Assembly (NCBI GenBank): GCA_051362555.1
Contig: CM120641.1
Span: 11,904,001 to 11,968,000 of the forward strand
From: Lingula anatina
Lineage: Eukaryota; Animalia; Brachiopoda
Reading direction: 5' to 3'
DNA: 64,000 nucleotides
Part shown: piece after piece, positions 13,586 through 24,216 of the stretch
How positions within the stretch are numbered: position 1 is the stretch's first letter
Layout: each line of letters opens with the position of its first letter
Made by a program: the position numbers and the translations under genes
Notes under the pieces: generated by a model
Seen by the model: the letters and a program-made list of their open reading frames with translations, nothing else
What the model was told of the DNA's origin: nothing
Databases searched by the model: none

Positions 13586-16500
13586 GTTCTGTTTAGCTGA
13601 AAAACTTTTGTTCTATAATGATAATAGTGTACATTTTCATATTTCAGGATGCTTTCACATAGATATGTCTTTTAAACAGAGATTAATTGTGCATGTATAT
13701 TTTAATATTTTCAGTCTGGGATGCCAAAAGGAAACATGAGCAGGTCTCATGACAGTGTCAAGTCTGCCCCAAACAATGCTAATGACTGGACCACAGAGAT
13801 GGTATGATAACCACACAACTTTAACCCGACTTGTTAATGACCTAAGTACTATAATAATTTCAATTATTATTTGTGTCACCAGTGTGGGAATATTGGAAAA
13901 GTTGGAAATTATCCTTTTAAGTTTGATCATTTAGCTAAAATTAAATATTTTGCATTTTGTTTGCGGAATTATTTTGTCTAAGTTCTCAGAATTTGATACT
14001 GAAATTTTAGTCATATCTGGAGAATGTTTTTCTATTTTCTAATCCATGTTTTTCTATTCTAGGGAATGTATGACATGAATGGTATGCCAGAGTTGAGTGT
14101 CCCCCCACCCTGGCTGCGGGATAAACTAAATGGACTGCAGTCAGATGCTGGCCAGGAGGAGAAACCACAGGAGGCTATGCAGACACGTGTGGAAACAGAG
14201 TTCCCAGCCAATAATGGCAGTCCCAAGATGAAACGTGTTGGACTGGGCGCCAACAACAAGAATACCAATATACAATGGTGGATGCATCGTTCCTCTGAAA
14301 GTGTTAGGCCACCTGGTGGTTTGTACAGAAATCACAGCAGATCGTATTCAGCCTCAGAGGTCCCCACTAGAGACTATCCTGATGAGAGATCAGTCAGTCC
14401 CAGGTCTGACACCCTGAAGCCATACATGTCTAAGACTGGAAGCCATAACAATACTGTGTCAATGAAAAACAATTTAGAGGCTGGCAAACGAGATTCTTTG
14501 ACTGTTGGTTTGGCTGATTATGAGGCCTACTCAAAGGCTATTTTAAATGGGGACCATTCTGCCCTGACAGTCAAGAGTACTGGTGAAGCCAAACCAAGAA
14601 CCTATGCAGGTACACCACAAGTGGAGAAGCTGAGTTTTCCCACCAGAGCAGGAGCCAATGTTAACATCCTACAGAACATGATGAGTGCAATGTCCAGAGA
14701 GGGCTCCCCTTCCAGACCAAATACACTACAGATAGGCAAGACAAATAACAACATGAAGACACTAGAACAGTACCTTGAAGAACCAGACACACCAACACCC
14801 ATATTGACCAAAATTCAAGCTGCAAAAGCCAAAAGCAATTTGATGAAAGACACCAACTCTTCCTCCTCATCTTCCTCCTCTGGGTCCAATGGATATGCAA
14901 CATTCTCGGAGATAACACCGTCTCCAAATCAGGAAATTCAAGCCAAGTTTTCTGTAGGAAAGTTACAAGAAAAGAAGCATACTTCTGTGACAGAAAAATC
15001 TTCAGGTGGATCAGCAACAGCAGCAGAGCAGAAAAGAAATGGGGAGAGAATGCTTTCAGCCCCTGGGTCTCCTGCCAGCAGTCAGATGAGCCACTCTGCT
15101 GAGAATGTGTTTAGGCCAGGAAACAAGGAGGGAAATGCATTTAGGCCTGGGAACAGGGATGAGGGGTATTCATCCATGTCCAGTGAAGCATTGTCAGAGA
15201 AAATGCAGCAGGATAAAGAATCTGCCTTAAGGTTACAGGCCAACAAAGAGAGCAGACAAGTAGAGAATGGCAGACGAGATGCATCTCTTGTACAGCCTCA
15301 GTCACAATCACAAGCAGCAAAGCCCAAACATGACCTCCACAGTGAGGCTGGGATGCACACAACTTTTGACCCACAGAGAGGTGATGTGCTGCCCAATCAA
15401 CTCCAACACCAAAAGTGCAATAATGTAGAACTTCATTCATCTAACTCTAGCATTGAAAGTGCCTCTTTAGGGAAGGTTAAAGACATACGCAAGTTCTTTG
15501 AATCATCGAAGAAACAACAGAGCAGGGAAAGTCCACCTACTTTGGCTGGGGAAAAATTGCACAACCTACAAAGTAAAAATCACTGTCCAGATATCAGGAC
15601 TGAACCAGCACGTAAGACACACTATCCACCATCAAGTGCTGGCGAAAGAGACACATCCTCCTTGGCTTACCACATACAAGCTGCAGATGCCAACATGAGC
15701 CACCAGGTTTATAATCCAAAGCAAAAAGGCCCTGTTAATGATCCCTCTAGCTCTGTTGGCAAGATGAAAATGACAACGAAAGACAAGTGCAATTTCCCTA
15801 CTAGCAGACAAGAGGTTCTTCCAGATAAAGCACTGCACCAAGGCCCAGAGGAACCAGACCTGAACACTTCGATGGCAGAGTTTGGGGAGGAATGGTTGGA
15901 CATGTGCAATGAGCAGCACGGGGCTGAAGACACTGCCTCACAAGTTTTTACCAGTGAAGATGTTTTTTTAAATGAAAACATGGCCCTGGACATTGAAAAT
16001 AAGTTTCGCAATGATTTTTACAGCCTCTGTCATGCAAGTTCAGATGGAGACAAGGTGACCTCCAAAAAATACCGCGGTGGGTCACAAAGCTTGCCAAGCC
16101 CACGATCTGGCGGGGAGAGTATGGCTGGGTTCAATGACTCTTTCGCCACAGACAAGGACTGTGGAGAAGAATTTGGTGAGATTTCGAAACAGATTGAAGA
16201 TTTATCCAAGACTGTGGATGATCTTCAGAAGAGTTTATCCAGTCTCAGTGATGCAGATGTGGATGTCTCTTCCCCAGCTAGTGTCAAGATGGTTCCAGAG
16301 AAAGACTCTGGCCAGAGAGACCCCCCTAGACTGCTGGCTGAGATGTGCTGGAACAGATCATGGACAAAGCAAGAACCTCAAGGGAAAGCTCATTCAGTGG
16401 ATTTAACTAACCCAGAGGTGGGTGGCAGTGATAGGAGTGACTTTTGTTGTGATTATAAATTTATTCAGCATGGTATGCCATATTTCTCTTTAAAAAGACA

Positions 16501-17544
16501 GGCAGAGAGAATGGTACGATTATTTAATATAGGTAAATGATAAACCAGTTAATATCTAAATCCTGTTGTTACAATGTTAGGTTCTTCCAAGAGCAGATAA
16601 AAGTCAAAGTTACTACTACTTCAACATTTTAGTTTCCAATATTTTAATATTTAAAAATGTTATTTTCAAATTAAAAAATTTTGTTGGTTGTCATATTCCA
16701 AATTTAAGGTGAAATTCTGTTTTCTTAGGAGCGGGCCAACCTTCTTGATGCTTTGGTGGGGAATGTCACCACCAGTGACAGTGAAGTTGAAAAGTCTGGT
16801 CAGAAGAAAGACAAAAAGATGAAAAAGAAGAATGGTAAGAAAACCAGAACAATTGATTTCTATACTTTATTTACCGGGCCATATTTTCAAACAGATTTGC
16901 TCCAGAAATGAGGTCATATTAAATGTATGTGAAAATATAGATAAAAGAAATGTTGAACATAACATTATTTTCAAAAAATGAAGACATAGGGTTCTTTAGT
17001 TTTCAGTTTTTAAACACTTAACATTATATTAAAAGTAAACTTAATTACATTTGCAGGGCACCCTAAAGTTGTTAGAAGTTTGGTCAAGAGGCGTCCATCA
17101 TTAGACAGGAATTTCTTTGTTCGCTGTGGCACAGAGGAGGAGACTGCACTGGCACAGTTCAATTTCCTCCAAGAGATTGGCAGTCCAGAAGGTAGAAGAC
17201 GACCCTTGCCACAGGCCATGGACAATCCTGAAGAAAGGGGACAGCAGATGTTCCATGGCAGTCCAGAAGGTAGGAGGTGCCCCATACCACAGCCTGTGGA
17301 CAATCCTGAAGATAGGGGGCAGCAGGTGTGTCAGGATTCTGGGGACCCTGAGAAAGGCAATCAAACTGTGTCACAGAATCTGCCAGACTCCCTACAAGCA
17401 GTGGAATCAGAGCTTACGCAAAACAACAGATATTCTGCTATCACTTACATTGAAACAGAAGCTGATACGCTTTCTCTGAGTGATTCATGTTGTGAAAGCT
17501 TTTCTTCATCGTGTGTGAGTATCAATGATGCCACAGAGCTATAA
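109..17544 (+). CDS. NCKAP5: Nck-associated protein 5-like coiled-coil protein, gene model join(109..213,862..990,9105..9238,10451..10541,11842..11931,12185..12358,12723..12842,13438..13524,13715..13801,14063..16417,16729..16834,17057..17544), ~1321 aa
   Basis: All junctions GT-AG and phase-consistent. Spliced peptide LLLERLKKMEVENSQLVLENEQQRMQYEKCLDEIAGQVVQALLMQK-SLRSECMNLQGRVQDLEQQNR closely matches the vertebrate NCKAP5/NCKAP5L coiled coil as remembered (LLLERLKALEAENSALALENENQREQYERCLDEVANQVVQALLTQKDLREEC). Start ATG at 109 is inferred; the exon begins at acceptor 78. Confidence 0.9.
862..990 (+). CDS. NCKAP5: NCKAP5-like coding exon 2 (LLEARMHEVLQQLAEEK...EDSEM)
   Basis: cccctcag acceptor, ATG|GTGAGT donor, 43 codons, coiled-coil composition. 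Confidence 0.85.
1100..1324 (-). mobile_element. Helentron-associated (HINE/DINE-1-like) non-autonomous element
   Basis: Subterminal inverted repeats ACCTCTGCCAAGG (1126-1138) / CCTTGGCGGAGGT (1307-1319), short hairpin GCGCTC-TCA-GAGTGC plus CTAG end on minus strand, internal (GACA/AACA)n run, A/T flanks without TSD. Confidence 0.7.
1380..1637. mobile_element. Fully palindromic PIF/Harbinger-type MITE, family A copy 1
   Basis: ~120-bp inverted arms beginning GGCTTCGTTCACATG, 3-bp TSD TAA at 1377-1379 and 1638-1640. Confidence 0.85.
1983..2048. repeat. (CA)n microsatellite
   Basis: Direct reading. Confidence 0.95.
8020..8066. repeat. (GT)n microsatellite
   Basis: Direct reading. Confidence 0.95.
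9105..9238 (+). CDS. NCKAP5: NCKAP5-like coding exon 3 (NTELLKDLEYERMHRIRAEDKL...QDEFK)
   Basis: cttccag acceptor, CA|GTAAGT donor (phase 2). Confidence 0.88.
10451..10541 (+). CDS. NCKAP5: NCKAP5-like coding exon 4 (MENMVRNLLEYK...ANYK)
   Basis: tttgtag acceptor, AAG|GTGTGT donor; resembles NCKAP5 RMEETVRNLL. Confidence 0.88.
10565..10639. repeat. (GT)n microsatellite
   Basis: Direct reading. Confidence 0.95.
11842..11931 (+). CDS. NCKAP5: NCKAP5-like coding exon 5 (NEAQKLQNSVRFLEQENKTLKSKVQLYELQ)
   Basis: ttatag acceptor, CAG|GTAACT donor, 30 codons open. Confidence 0.85.
12185..12358 (+). CDS. NCKAP5: NCKAP5-like coding exon 6 (conserved coiled-coil core)
   Basis: ttccag acceptor, AAG|GTATGA donor; encodes QYEKCLDEIAGQVVQALLMQK. 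Confidence 0.92.
12723..12842 (+). CDS. NCKAP5: NCKAP5-like coding exon 7 (SLRSECMNLQGRVQDLEQQNR...SMLQ)
   Basis: tttcag acceptor, CAG|GTAAGA donor, 40 codons. Confidence 0.92.
13438..13524 (+). CDS. NCKAP5: NCKAP5-like coding exon 8 (SVPSGRKWKF...LPIQ)
   Basis: gtttcag acceptor, CAG|GTACAA donor, 29 codons open, phase 0/0; no recognisable homology. Confidence 0.6.
13538..13584. repeat. (ATT)n microsatellite
   Basis: Direct reading. Confidence 0.95.
13715..13801 (+). CDS. NCKAP5: NCKAP5-like coding exon 9 (SGMPKGNMSRSHDS...TTEM)
   Basis: ttttcag acceptor, ATG|GTATGA donor, 29 codons open, phase 0/0. Confidence 0.65.
14063..16417 (+). CDS. NCKAP5: NCKAP5-like large coding exon 10 (Ser/Pro-rich disordered region)
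   Basis: Corresponds to the 824-aa ORF; ttctag acceptor at 14062; donor GAG|GTGGGT at 16417 (other donors possible, see findings). Confidence 0.88.
16729..16834 (+). CDS. NCKAP5: NCKAP5-like coding exon 11 (ERANLLDALVGN...KKKN)
   Basis: ttcttag acceptor, G|GTAAGA donor phase 1. Confidence 0.8.
17057..17544 (+). CDS. NCKAP5: NCKAP5-like terminal coding exon 12 (...DRNFFVRCGTEEETALAQFNFL...DATEL*)
   Basis: tttgcag acceptor, phase 1 matches exon 11, runs into the 154-aa ORF and stop TAA at 17542-17544. Confidence 0.85.
17179..17334 (+). repeat. Coding tandem duplication, 78 bp x2
   Basis: GSPEGRRRPLPQAMDNPEERGQQMFH / GSPEGRRCPIPQPVDNPEDRGQQVCQ. Confidence 0.85.
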
Positions 17545-18941
17545 TTAGGTTGCATGTAGACAGTAAAGACAATGCTGTGAGCAGTAAATGTGTGGTATTG
17601 TTAGCATTTCAAGCAGGTGACAGAGCAATATGCAGAATCTTTTGCACCATTGCAGACAAAATAAAGGGTCAATGCCTGACTGTCCATGGTAATGCAAGGC
17701 TGAAAAACAATGAAAGTGATCTCTAAAAAACTATACCATTTAATGAGAGTCACAATACAAACACCAACTGTAATGCAAGGTTCTAAGAAGTACAAGGATC
17801 AACAGTACAAGAAAAGTGAGCAGTTCAGAATTTCTGGCTTCCACAAAATAATAAGCAAATCATTGAAAATCAGTGGCACCACAGTATAATTAATTTTTTT
17901 AATATACATACACATTAATATATTTAATTTAGAAGTGTCTTACTGATGAATGAAAGAAATACCAGCACCACAACATTCATGTTGATAGAGGCAATAGAGC
18001 ATGTGAGAAACCAAAAGAACTGAAACTATGCATGTTTACATGCAAAAGTGTCCATATGGATAAAAGTTAGAACTGGAAATTTTAAATATTTTTGCTTTAT
18101 TGTAATATTTTTATACAATGATTAATAAGCACACCAGGTGTCCTGTTTATTTATTCACAAAGTATGCCTTAAGTATTTGGTAAATGAAAACTTTTATAAA
18201 CTTTTACTTAGACATTTCTTGCTGTTTACCTCTGGAGAGGTTTGAGATATAGTTTGGTATTAATGCAAGACTTGATGTCTCTATGCTTTTTACTACAATT
18301 ATTTATGCTACGTGGGCAGTATTCCCATTTGATTTTATTACATGCTTTATAAGCAATTTTATTTAGTAATATGTATTTTATGCATGCTGTGTCACAAAAA
18401 ATCACCACATTTAATGTCAATTGTTTATTTTTTCATTATACCACCTGTAGTTCAGAAAGAATGCAGTAAAATGTTATCAGTGACCAATAACCAGGCTTCT
18501 ATCATTATTTGAAAGAGTCATCTTTATTCATATTTAGAGGAGAAATAGATTCTAATTCTTTTCCTTACTTCATATCTCAATTTATCCAAAAATTACTTAT
18601 TTTTAATGAATTTTTTATGATTTTGCCCCATATATTTAAATCCTTGGCCAAATGGTTTTGGGTATCGATACTATAGCACTGTGAGTAAACCATTAATTGA
18701 TCCTCCACACTCTCAAACTTCAGTCAGCCTCTTGTTATTACACAATACATTTTCTGATTTCTGTCATGGATAAATCTGCCAAACATTCTGAAATGTGGGG
18801 CTTTGATTTGTGATAAGTGAAGCTGAGTGTTTTATACAGTCTCTGCTATGGATGTTGGATCTTTGGATCCATTTGAATTTTATTTATTTATTTTAGATTG
18901 TAAGGCAAGTCAAAAGAAACTTTTTCAACTTGTTCATTCTT

Positions 18942-19000
18942 CAGGCCTGCCCGTAGCCAGCAATTTCAAAGAGAGGATTGTTTGGAAAAAGTGGACCTTT
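18942..19000. repeat. Dispersed repeat fragment, inverted diverged copy
   Basis: GCCCGTAGCCAGCAATTTCAAAG...GAAAAAGTGGACCTTT is the reverse complement of the block at 29620-29680. Confidence 0.6.
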
Positions 19001-20900
19001 AAACATGAAACCTCTGTAAACTTAAAAAAAAAAGAAGGATATCTGAGAGCTCACAAAATGCCCTATCCTTTCCAGGCATGAGCTTTCTTAAAAATACTAG
19101 TACTGAGATGCAATACAAAAGCTGTTGAATCAAAACCTTCAAATACGAGGTAACATGGGTAGGTAGCACAAGACGAAATTGCATTAATATAATAAATTAG
19201 GTTTGGGCATGTAGTGTTTTTGTTTTTCCACCCTTTGTTTTGATGCTTGCAGGAAGAGAAGATTATTCCCTTTGGAAAATTTATTTTGTAATTTTATCAT
19301 TTCCACTATTACTGCAGATTCCTTGCATATACATAATACAGCCAAAATATTTCATCTTATTGAATGTAAATATTTAGCAGACCTAACAGTCTGCAACAGA
19401 AATACAAGATAGGATCTACAACCTAAAGACCTGCTTGGTTGTGCCGTAGATAATTTGAACTCCATTAATAGAGTATTTAACGAGTGCCAGTGTTTCGACA
19501 CTATTGTTCACTTTGCAAAGTGACAATTTAAGCAAGAACACCTGGGCGTCTCTTCATTTTCTCCTGCTAACAATATTCAAATGGTATCTTTTGACATGTT
19601 AAATAATAAGAAAAGTGAGCTGCAATTACTAGGAGGTATGAAAGCATATTCATGTGGCTCTCAGAGTTTTCTAAAAGATGGACTGAGAAAATAATGATAA
19701 AAATATGCACGACTGTAAGCAATCATTGGAATGTACATTGTCTGAGAAAATACCACACAATGATATATAATTATTTGCCAATAAGATAATGCATTTTAAA
19801 TAGTTCTTTTGTATTTTAAGAAACTATTACATAATTCTCTGTTGCGTATTGAACCATTTTGCTATCTTGAAAAATCTGCAAATTCAGCATCATAACACGA
19901 TAAATTAATTAAAATTTTCATACAGTTCAACCACTGTTATTGTTATTTCTTCATTAAAAAAAAAAAAAACAAGACAGCTCAAGTTTAAAAAAAATTAAAC
20001 AAAAAAGAAAAAGTATATTTTTCCTCTTTATCAAAATAGTAAAAAAAATACATATGAAGTTTTTTCACTGCTTAGTAGATGCATGATGCTATGATGGCAA
20101 TACACTCCATCTAAAATCACTCAATAAGGAACTTGGCAAGAGGACATTGCATTATTAGGCTACCTAAATATATCTCATCTATTTCAAGTGCCCTTTGCAT
20201 TTTCGCAAACAGAAATTAAAATCTGTACTTACACTGTCACACAGTGGAGTTGGGGGTTTCAAACACATGGCAAAAAAAAAAAATCATATTAAAATCTATG
20301 TTTAAGAATACACTTGCTGGGTAACCTACTGATCTTAAACTAAGCAGCCATTTATTACATTGAGCAATTCTAAACTACACGCAATTTATTTGGTATTTTC
20401 TTTCACATTTTAGTGAGGACAATATAACATATCTACATAGCATTACTCTTATTTTTATTTTATATTGGTAAAATGAACCTAGAAGCCACTCTTACCACTC
20501 CATAAATAACTTTTTCTTAGTAAAAATCAATCCATCTTATCTAAAAAATATATCATATGTACCAGTATAATTTGTTTCATATTCTATATTGCTTTCTTTG
20601 GTAAATAAATTGAGATTTTCTAATTGTAGAAAGACATGCTTCTCCCATTCCCACAATCTGTAAAATGTTGTACATGGGGAAACTGAAGTTGAGATACCAC
20701 AAATTAAAGGCGTTGCATGATTTATTTCTTAGGTAATGTAGAGATATCTCATGGAAGTAGTGAAATTCTGAGTAAGCTGTCTCTTCACGAATACCGCTTG
20801 GGGCACAAAAGGCCACCTCTTACTAACATACAGGGTGTTAGGTAAAACTGGATACAATCAAAATTTTAAAAAAATATCTAAAAAACTCGGAAAAGAGTTC

Positions 20901-21116
20901 TTAAAATTCATCTCTGTCCCTTCTCTTATTCCTGTTCGCTCTTCTATTTCTCAGTTCAGACACAAGGTCACAGGCCTTCTGTATCTCAATAAACTTTTCT
21001 TCTGCTTCTTTTTTCTCTTTGGGAAGCTTGAACCTGTCAGGATGCCACTGTCTGGAAAGTTTCTTACATTTGGCATTAATCTCCTTCTGGGAAGTGCTAC
21101 TGTTAATACCAAGTAC
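20901..21116 (-). CDS. DNAJC22: DNAJC22 exon 3 (J domain with HPD)
   Basis: tttccag acceptor, WHPD motif, stop TAA. Confidence 0.93.
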   Translation of the reverse strand, partial: VLGINSSTSQKEINAKCKKLSRQWHPDRFKLPKEKKEAEEKFIEIQKACDLVSELRNRRANRNKRRDRDEF

Positions 21117-23744
21117 CTGGAAAAACAATACAATGAAGAAATGACTTCATGAATAATGCAATGTCGTCAACAGCATCAAAAATATAAGATAACATACTTT
21201 TAAACTATAACATATCAACTTCTGAGAGATATATGTCATCTTGCTAATTAAGATTTTTCTTCATTTCAATTCGACCCACGTTTCAAAAACTGACAATTAA
21301 ACTCTGAGTTACCTTTTGGGCATTGTTCTCTCCCTCAGGATCTAAGGCATCCACTAGTTGTTCCCACAACCTTCCAAATCCATGCAGTTTGTAAAATTCA
21401 TACAGCTGTTTGAATGTTGACTTAGTCTCTGCCCAAGCAGGAGACTTGAAAAAGTTATGAATAGCTACTCTGATTTTAACACTCTCTCCATCTTTGGTTG
21501 TTATGTATGCATTGAAATAAAATGCTGATATCCAAAGAGATACATAAATAGCACAGCATAATGAGAGCAAAAATAATCTTATGCATAGCCCACGTTTCTT
21601 TTTCTTTGGTTTCCAAGATTTCCCCTTCCAGTTTACAGCAATGGCTGAAGTAATGGCAGAATATGCTAGTGCCCCAGTGTTAGTGAGATACCAGGGATAG
21701 AGGATTCCAGAACCAAGCATTGCCCAGGAGAATGACCCCTCCTCATGACCTATGTTAGCTACTATCCACACACCTGAAAAGAGGTAAAAAAAAAAGATGA
21801 TTAATTTCATATCAAAATACTCTTAATCCATTCAAAATAAGTAAAATAAAAAATTTACAGTTTTTTTCTTGATATCATGCATCCCCCTCACCCCAAAGAA
21901 ATTAATTATAATAAATAATAATTGTTTTTTAAAAAAGGTTTTTAAGGTTGATTTTTAAAAATAAACAGTAGCATCTGTTGTTGATATTTTCACTGTAATG
22001 TCAGGTAAACATGACAATGAAAATAATTTATTAAAAATTGTACAAAAAATCTAGTGCAGGGACAGTCATTAACAATGATTCCTGATACCTTTTAAATATG
22101 CATCCACAAACTACAAATTATACATTCACATCACACAGTGAATATAACTGATCTAGCGACATACACTCCCACTCGCCTCAGGCATTCCATTATATTTATG
22201 CAAACTAGGCCACTGGTTTTCAGTGAATCAATCATTTAAATGTTGTACAACAATTCATATGATAAAACCTCTTCCTTTCCAATTTGAGGAAGCACTAACA
22301 ATAGCCATAAAATCAGGATTGTTTTATACCTTAAAGCTATCCCCACATATCCAAACACAAAAACATGTTTAGATAACAAATGCAAATGCCTTACAAGGAC
22401 TTTTTATGTGGCCTTTACAAATATCTGTAACCACTAGCTTTTCAGGAAATCTTCATAAATGATCTTCAATGGAAACAATGGAAAACATCCTTTTCAACTT
22501 TTACAAATGAATGAAAACGTAAAATCCCTAATAAATTATTTATAAATCTTAGTACCAAGTATATACAGTGAGAAGTGCATAGCAAATCCCAGTTAAACAT
22601 CACGGTCGACACAGTCCTATTATAAAGCTAGTGTGAGGCAATCATAATCAAGAAAGGTAAGTTTTTCTCTCTGGGGAGTAGGATCAGGTATGGCCTGTTC
22701 AGAAAATAATTAATTCAGGAACTTTATGAACTTTTTTCAAACAATGGAAGCAGTGTTAGAAATTAAGGCTGGACCGTCTGCCCGGGGCTGACAACTTTCA
22801 GAACGGGCTGAGAAGTTTTCCCACCCATCAGACATTCAGTCCAGCTCCTTTTCAAGATGGCTGGACTTTCGGTCCAACAACTTATTTTCCTAAGGGGCAA
22901 ACACTGAATGGAATTTCATAACAGAATATCTAACAGCACAAATCATAGAGTTAATAAGATAAAAGAGGATTGCATTTTGTCATCTTTCCAGGACTGCGCA
23001 ACATTTTATATGGTTGATCAAAATGATGCCCTAGTACCCAATATACTCTGTATACTCATTGTATTGATTAGATATTGCCCTATGGGAATTAGGCAGGTGT
23101 GGGATTTATCTGCAAATCATGTGTCATCTATGTGAGATATGCACTACCTGCACATAGTGGACACCACGTGGTCAACTGAATGTGAAAGATTTTATGGCAT
23201 TTGCAATTATTAGCAAATTAGTTTTCATTTCAAGAAATTTAAATTAGAGAGTGAACGTCCATTATTTCCACTGGAAATAAATTGAGCTGAAAATATACCA
23301 TAATCTAGTTTATAATTCATCCCACAGCAAAATGTTTCACTTACCAACAGCAACACCTACTGCGCTTAAGCCCAGCACAAACATGCGAGACGCACTGAAA
23401 ATATCCATTTTTTCTGTGAATTCCTCTGGGACAGCAGAATATGTCAGATAACCCAACAACAGTCCCATGCAGAGTTCTCCAGCGAATCTGACATTATTAA
23501 ACTTAGGTGTTGACCGTCTCCTCATTTTCTCCTTCAGTTCTTCACAATACTCCCGATCTTCATTAGCTTCGGAGACATAATCTGGCAATCGACACATGTC
23601 TCTAAGCCAGCCAAGACCAAATATGCCACCAAGAGTGCAGATCCAAACGAAAGCGTGTCGGTCTCTTCGCAGGTAAATGTGGTGTAAACCCTGCCAACCC
23701 CCAATGAACCATAACACGTACGCAACAAGGAGACTCTTCGCCAT
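20901..23744 (-). CDS. DNAJC22: DnaJ homolog subfamily C member 22 (Wurst), complement(join(20901..21116,21313..21773,23345..23744)), 358 aa
   Basis: N-terminal TM2-type start MAKSLLVAYVLWFIGGWQGLHHIYLRRD, several hydrophobic helices, FFKSPAW motif, C-terminal J domain VLGI...LSRQWHPD...EKFIEIQKA; junctions GT-AG with phases 1 and 0. Confidence 0.95.
21313..21773 (-). CDS. DNAJC22: DNAJC22 exon 2 (transmembrane region)
   Basis: ttttcag acceptor, AAG|GTAACT donor, inside 175-aa ORF. Confidence 0.93.
22751..22906. mobile_element. hAT-type MITE in DNAJC22 intron 1
   Basis: Termini CAGTGTT...AACACTG flanked by near-perfect 8-bp duplication AATGGAAG / AATGGAAT. Confidence 0.7.
23345..23744 (-). 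CDS. DNAJC22: DNAJC22 exon 1 (TM2 domain)
   Basis: ATG at 23744, donor G|GTAAGT at 23345/23344. Confidence 0.93.
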
Positions 23745-24147
23745 CGTCTCTTGCTTTGTATAAATTAACTACGAAAAAAGGGCGGTTGACAACACCGAAA
23801 AATGGACATTTACCAACACAACATCCAAGCTGGTCGATAGCTTCGCGTGTTTAGATGCGGATGTAGGGAATTCCTATCCAAAGTGCGCATGCGTACCAAG
23901 GAAAGATTACGTGTCCTTGTAAAAATTGTTGACAAAAATAGCATGCAACTTGATGAAATGTTGCATGCATGTTGGATATTTTCAAATCATTTTTATATAT
24001 AAAAAGAAAAGATAAAACGAGTATCTTTTATATAAATATACGCGAAATTGTACTACATGTTTTGGAAAGTGGGATTGGGGAATCCCCTTCCCACAATGCA
24101 TCTGTTTGTTTGTGAGTTTGAAAACAGGTGGTTGGCAGAAACATGAA
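23745..24147. promoter_or_regulatory. Putative bidirectional promoter between DNAJC22 and the RJL GTPase
   Basis: 403 bp between divergent ATGs; locally CpG-enriched; NRF1-like TGCGCATGCG at 23884-23893, GC-box GGGCGG near 23780, E2F-like TTCGCG motifs near 23842 and 24041. Confidence 0.65.
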
Positions 24148-24216
24148 ATGGATAGAAAGCCCGGTCATTTAACTAAAAAGGTTCCAGATGTTGCCAAAAC
24201 CCTAATATGGGTCAAG
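24148..24216 (+). CDS. RJL GTPase exon 1 (MDRKPGHLTKKVPDVAKTLIWVK)
   Basis: ATG 24148, AAG|GTAAGT donor. Confidence 0.8.

Noticed and set aside
14059-17374. Many antisense and alternative-frame ORFs over the large NCKAP5 exons (likewise over the ITPRID exons)
   Set aside because: Shadows of true coding exons; no splice support or recognisable motifs
24125-24200. Possible RFX X-box (ciliary gene motif) near the RJL start
   Set aside because: GTTGGCAGAAAC and GTTGCCAAAAC are only partial matches, and one lies in coding sequence
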